From: Fimbriosthenelais zetlandica
Taxonomy: Eukaryota
Assembly: GCA_977030845.1 (NCBI GenBank)
Contig: OZ365110.1
Location: 20,832,001 to 20,896,000, forward strand
DNA: 64,000 nucleotides
Direction of reading: 5' to 3'
Below, one piece after another: positions 62,501 to 64,000 of the stretch. The position numbers and the translations under genes were made by a program. Positions within the stretch are counted from its first letter, which is position 1. Each line of letters begins with the position of its first letter. The notes under the pieces are model-generated. The model searched no databases. It was not told the origin of the DNA and saw nothing but the letters and a program-made list of their open reading frames with translations.

Positions 62501-64000
62501 TGGGCCCCCTGAGCAGGGTCAGGGTCCTGGGCCATCCTGTGTGGATCCTGGACTACTTGCATTAATTGGATCTCTTCACTCACCCGCCTATAGGTCTTGT
62601 CTATGTCGGCGGTACTACATCCCACACGAGCAATAGCCGAGTTCACTCCCCAAACCATCCATCAGCTGAGGCTTGGCCTGCGCAAATCGAACCCGTCAGC
62701 TGCGTGTCATCAAAAGTCAATATATACATATTGGATTGGTACACTCCATCACGATACTGGGGTGGCTGGAGCAAGCAGTCACCATTTCCCATGTCCGAAA
62801 CCACTTCTGAATGACTGGAAAAAGTTTACACGCCCCACACATGCGCACTCGCATTCATCAGAGCAGTCTACTTTACTAGTGAGCGCAGCCATACCAACAT
62901 ATGGTCCGCATGACAAATTGAGATCGGTGTTACAAGGTCCCTATCATGATGACCTTGATGGTTCATGATCCTAGTCTTCTTTTCATTGTACATGTAGTCC
63001 CATGTAATTAGAAACATGTCCCAATATCTATACCCTTTACCGTAAGTGTTAGGGAGCGGCATATATATGTATATGTATAAAGATATCTACCTCTCCGTTG
63101 GGGAAATTATTATGAAAGCTCAGATGGATGCATGGAAGGATAGCAATCATTTGTTGGTTCATGCGTGTTACCCCTTGCAGCCCGGGCATAAATGCATAAC
63201 ACCATATGTTAACCCCAGAAGGAAGTTAAGGGCAGGGGAGCTAAAAAGGCCATGACATTTATGTGCAGCTGCGGCGTATATTTGCCAACTCCCGATGAGT
63301 ACAGCTGTGACGCGCTTATGGTCGCTCTGCTCACATGTGATTAGGACCTGAAACAGATGAACTGACATCAGATACTGTTGTAAAAGCTGTGCTCTGGGTG
63401 GCAGAACCATTCTGAAATAAGAACTCTAAACTAATCGATAGTGTAACACACCGGCATTGGTTCTCGCCCACTGGCCTGGAAGCAGCCATTGATCTGGATG
63501 AAAAGCTTTCCGAATGATTGTATTTTTGAATAATTGAAGCATTTTAGCTGGAAATTGTAGGGCAGCACCTGGCTATGGACAAAAATGATTTGAAGATAAC
63601 TGTCCTCGGTCCACATTCCGATGAAAATGATATTCAACTTTTCAGGCCTTATTGCCTCACTTGAAGTCTGGGAGCCTTAAGTGGCATGCTCTGCCAATAA
63701 CCCCTTGACACACTTTGCATTTGGAAATGTGCGATTTCGTCATTTCTGCTGCCCCCTGAGAATTCCATACAGTAAATTACGTATTTTATTGCCTAGCGCC
63801 ACTTTGCCATCAATTCTCATTGGATTCCTGCTCCCCATTTGGGAAGAGGCCGAGCATCTCTATCCAATGTGCTCATCATGAGATGGCTCTGTTTTTTGCC
63901 AGCCCTAGAGGCCAGAATCCAAAGTCATTTATCATTTCATCCTAGCATAGTTATCGCCATCCCATCTCCAGGCTGGACAGTCGGCCAGTCCCAGGATGTG

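Larger units (their letters stand above)
35804..64000 (+). other. TLN1: Talin gene span, 5'-partial and 3'-partial; introns 35979-46461, 46560-56203, 56334-59395 and 59546 to window end
   Basis: The four exons join in one frame (about 171 aa). The next expected exon (LNWLDH...) was not found before 64000. Confidence 0.9.

Noticed and set aside
59546-64000. Fifth talin coding exon (expected LNWLDH...)
   Set aside because: No matching sequence behind an acceptor; presumably beyond the window.
1-64000. CRISPR arrays, rRNA genes, operons, and the many 60-170 aa ORFs as real genes
   Set aside because: The DNA is spliced eukaryotic sequence with no repeat-spacer arrays or rRNA signatures. The short ORFs occur at about chance density, many start at non-ATG codons, and apart from those overlapping talin exons none match a family I recognise with confidence.

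Overview
This is eukaryotic (invertebrate bilaterian-looking) genomic DNA, not prokaryotic. The only gene I can support firmly is talin on the + strand. Its first four coding exons (35843-35978, 46462-46559, 56204-56333, 59396-59545) splice in frame through canonical GT-AG introns of about 10.5, 9.6 and 3.1 kb. They encode the FERM-head F0 and F1 subdomains, and the gene runs off the right end of the window. The start-codon exon opens at a splice acceptor (35804), so a non-coding first exon and promoter should lie upstream; several CpG/ETS/RFX-type promoter-like islands in 1-35 kb are candidates. The rest is intronic or intergenic sequence with heavily decayed retroelement-like remnants (LINE and possibly DIRS/Ngaro), short tandem repeats and hairpins. 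I see no rRNA, tRNA or CRISPR array and no intact transposon, and nearly all listed ORFs look spurious. I cannot support a clearly new biological system. The best leads are an identical 322-bp direct duplication 6,544 bp apart with a junction microhomology, a 106-nt fold-back between the two copies, a Cys-periodic 21-bp minisatellite, recurrent RFX X-box modules, and a few long stop-poor reading frames of unknown origin. All transposon and motif assignments are by eye and need database checks.
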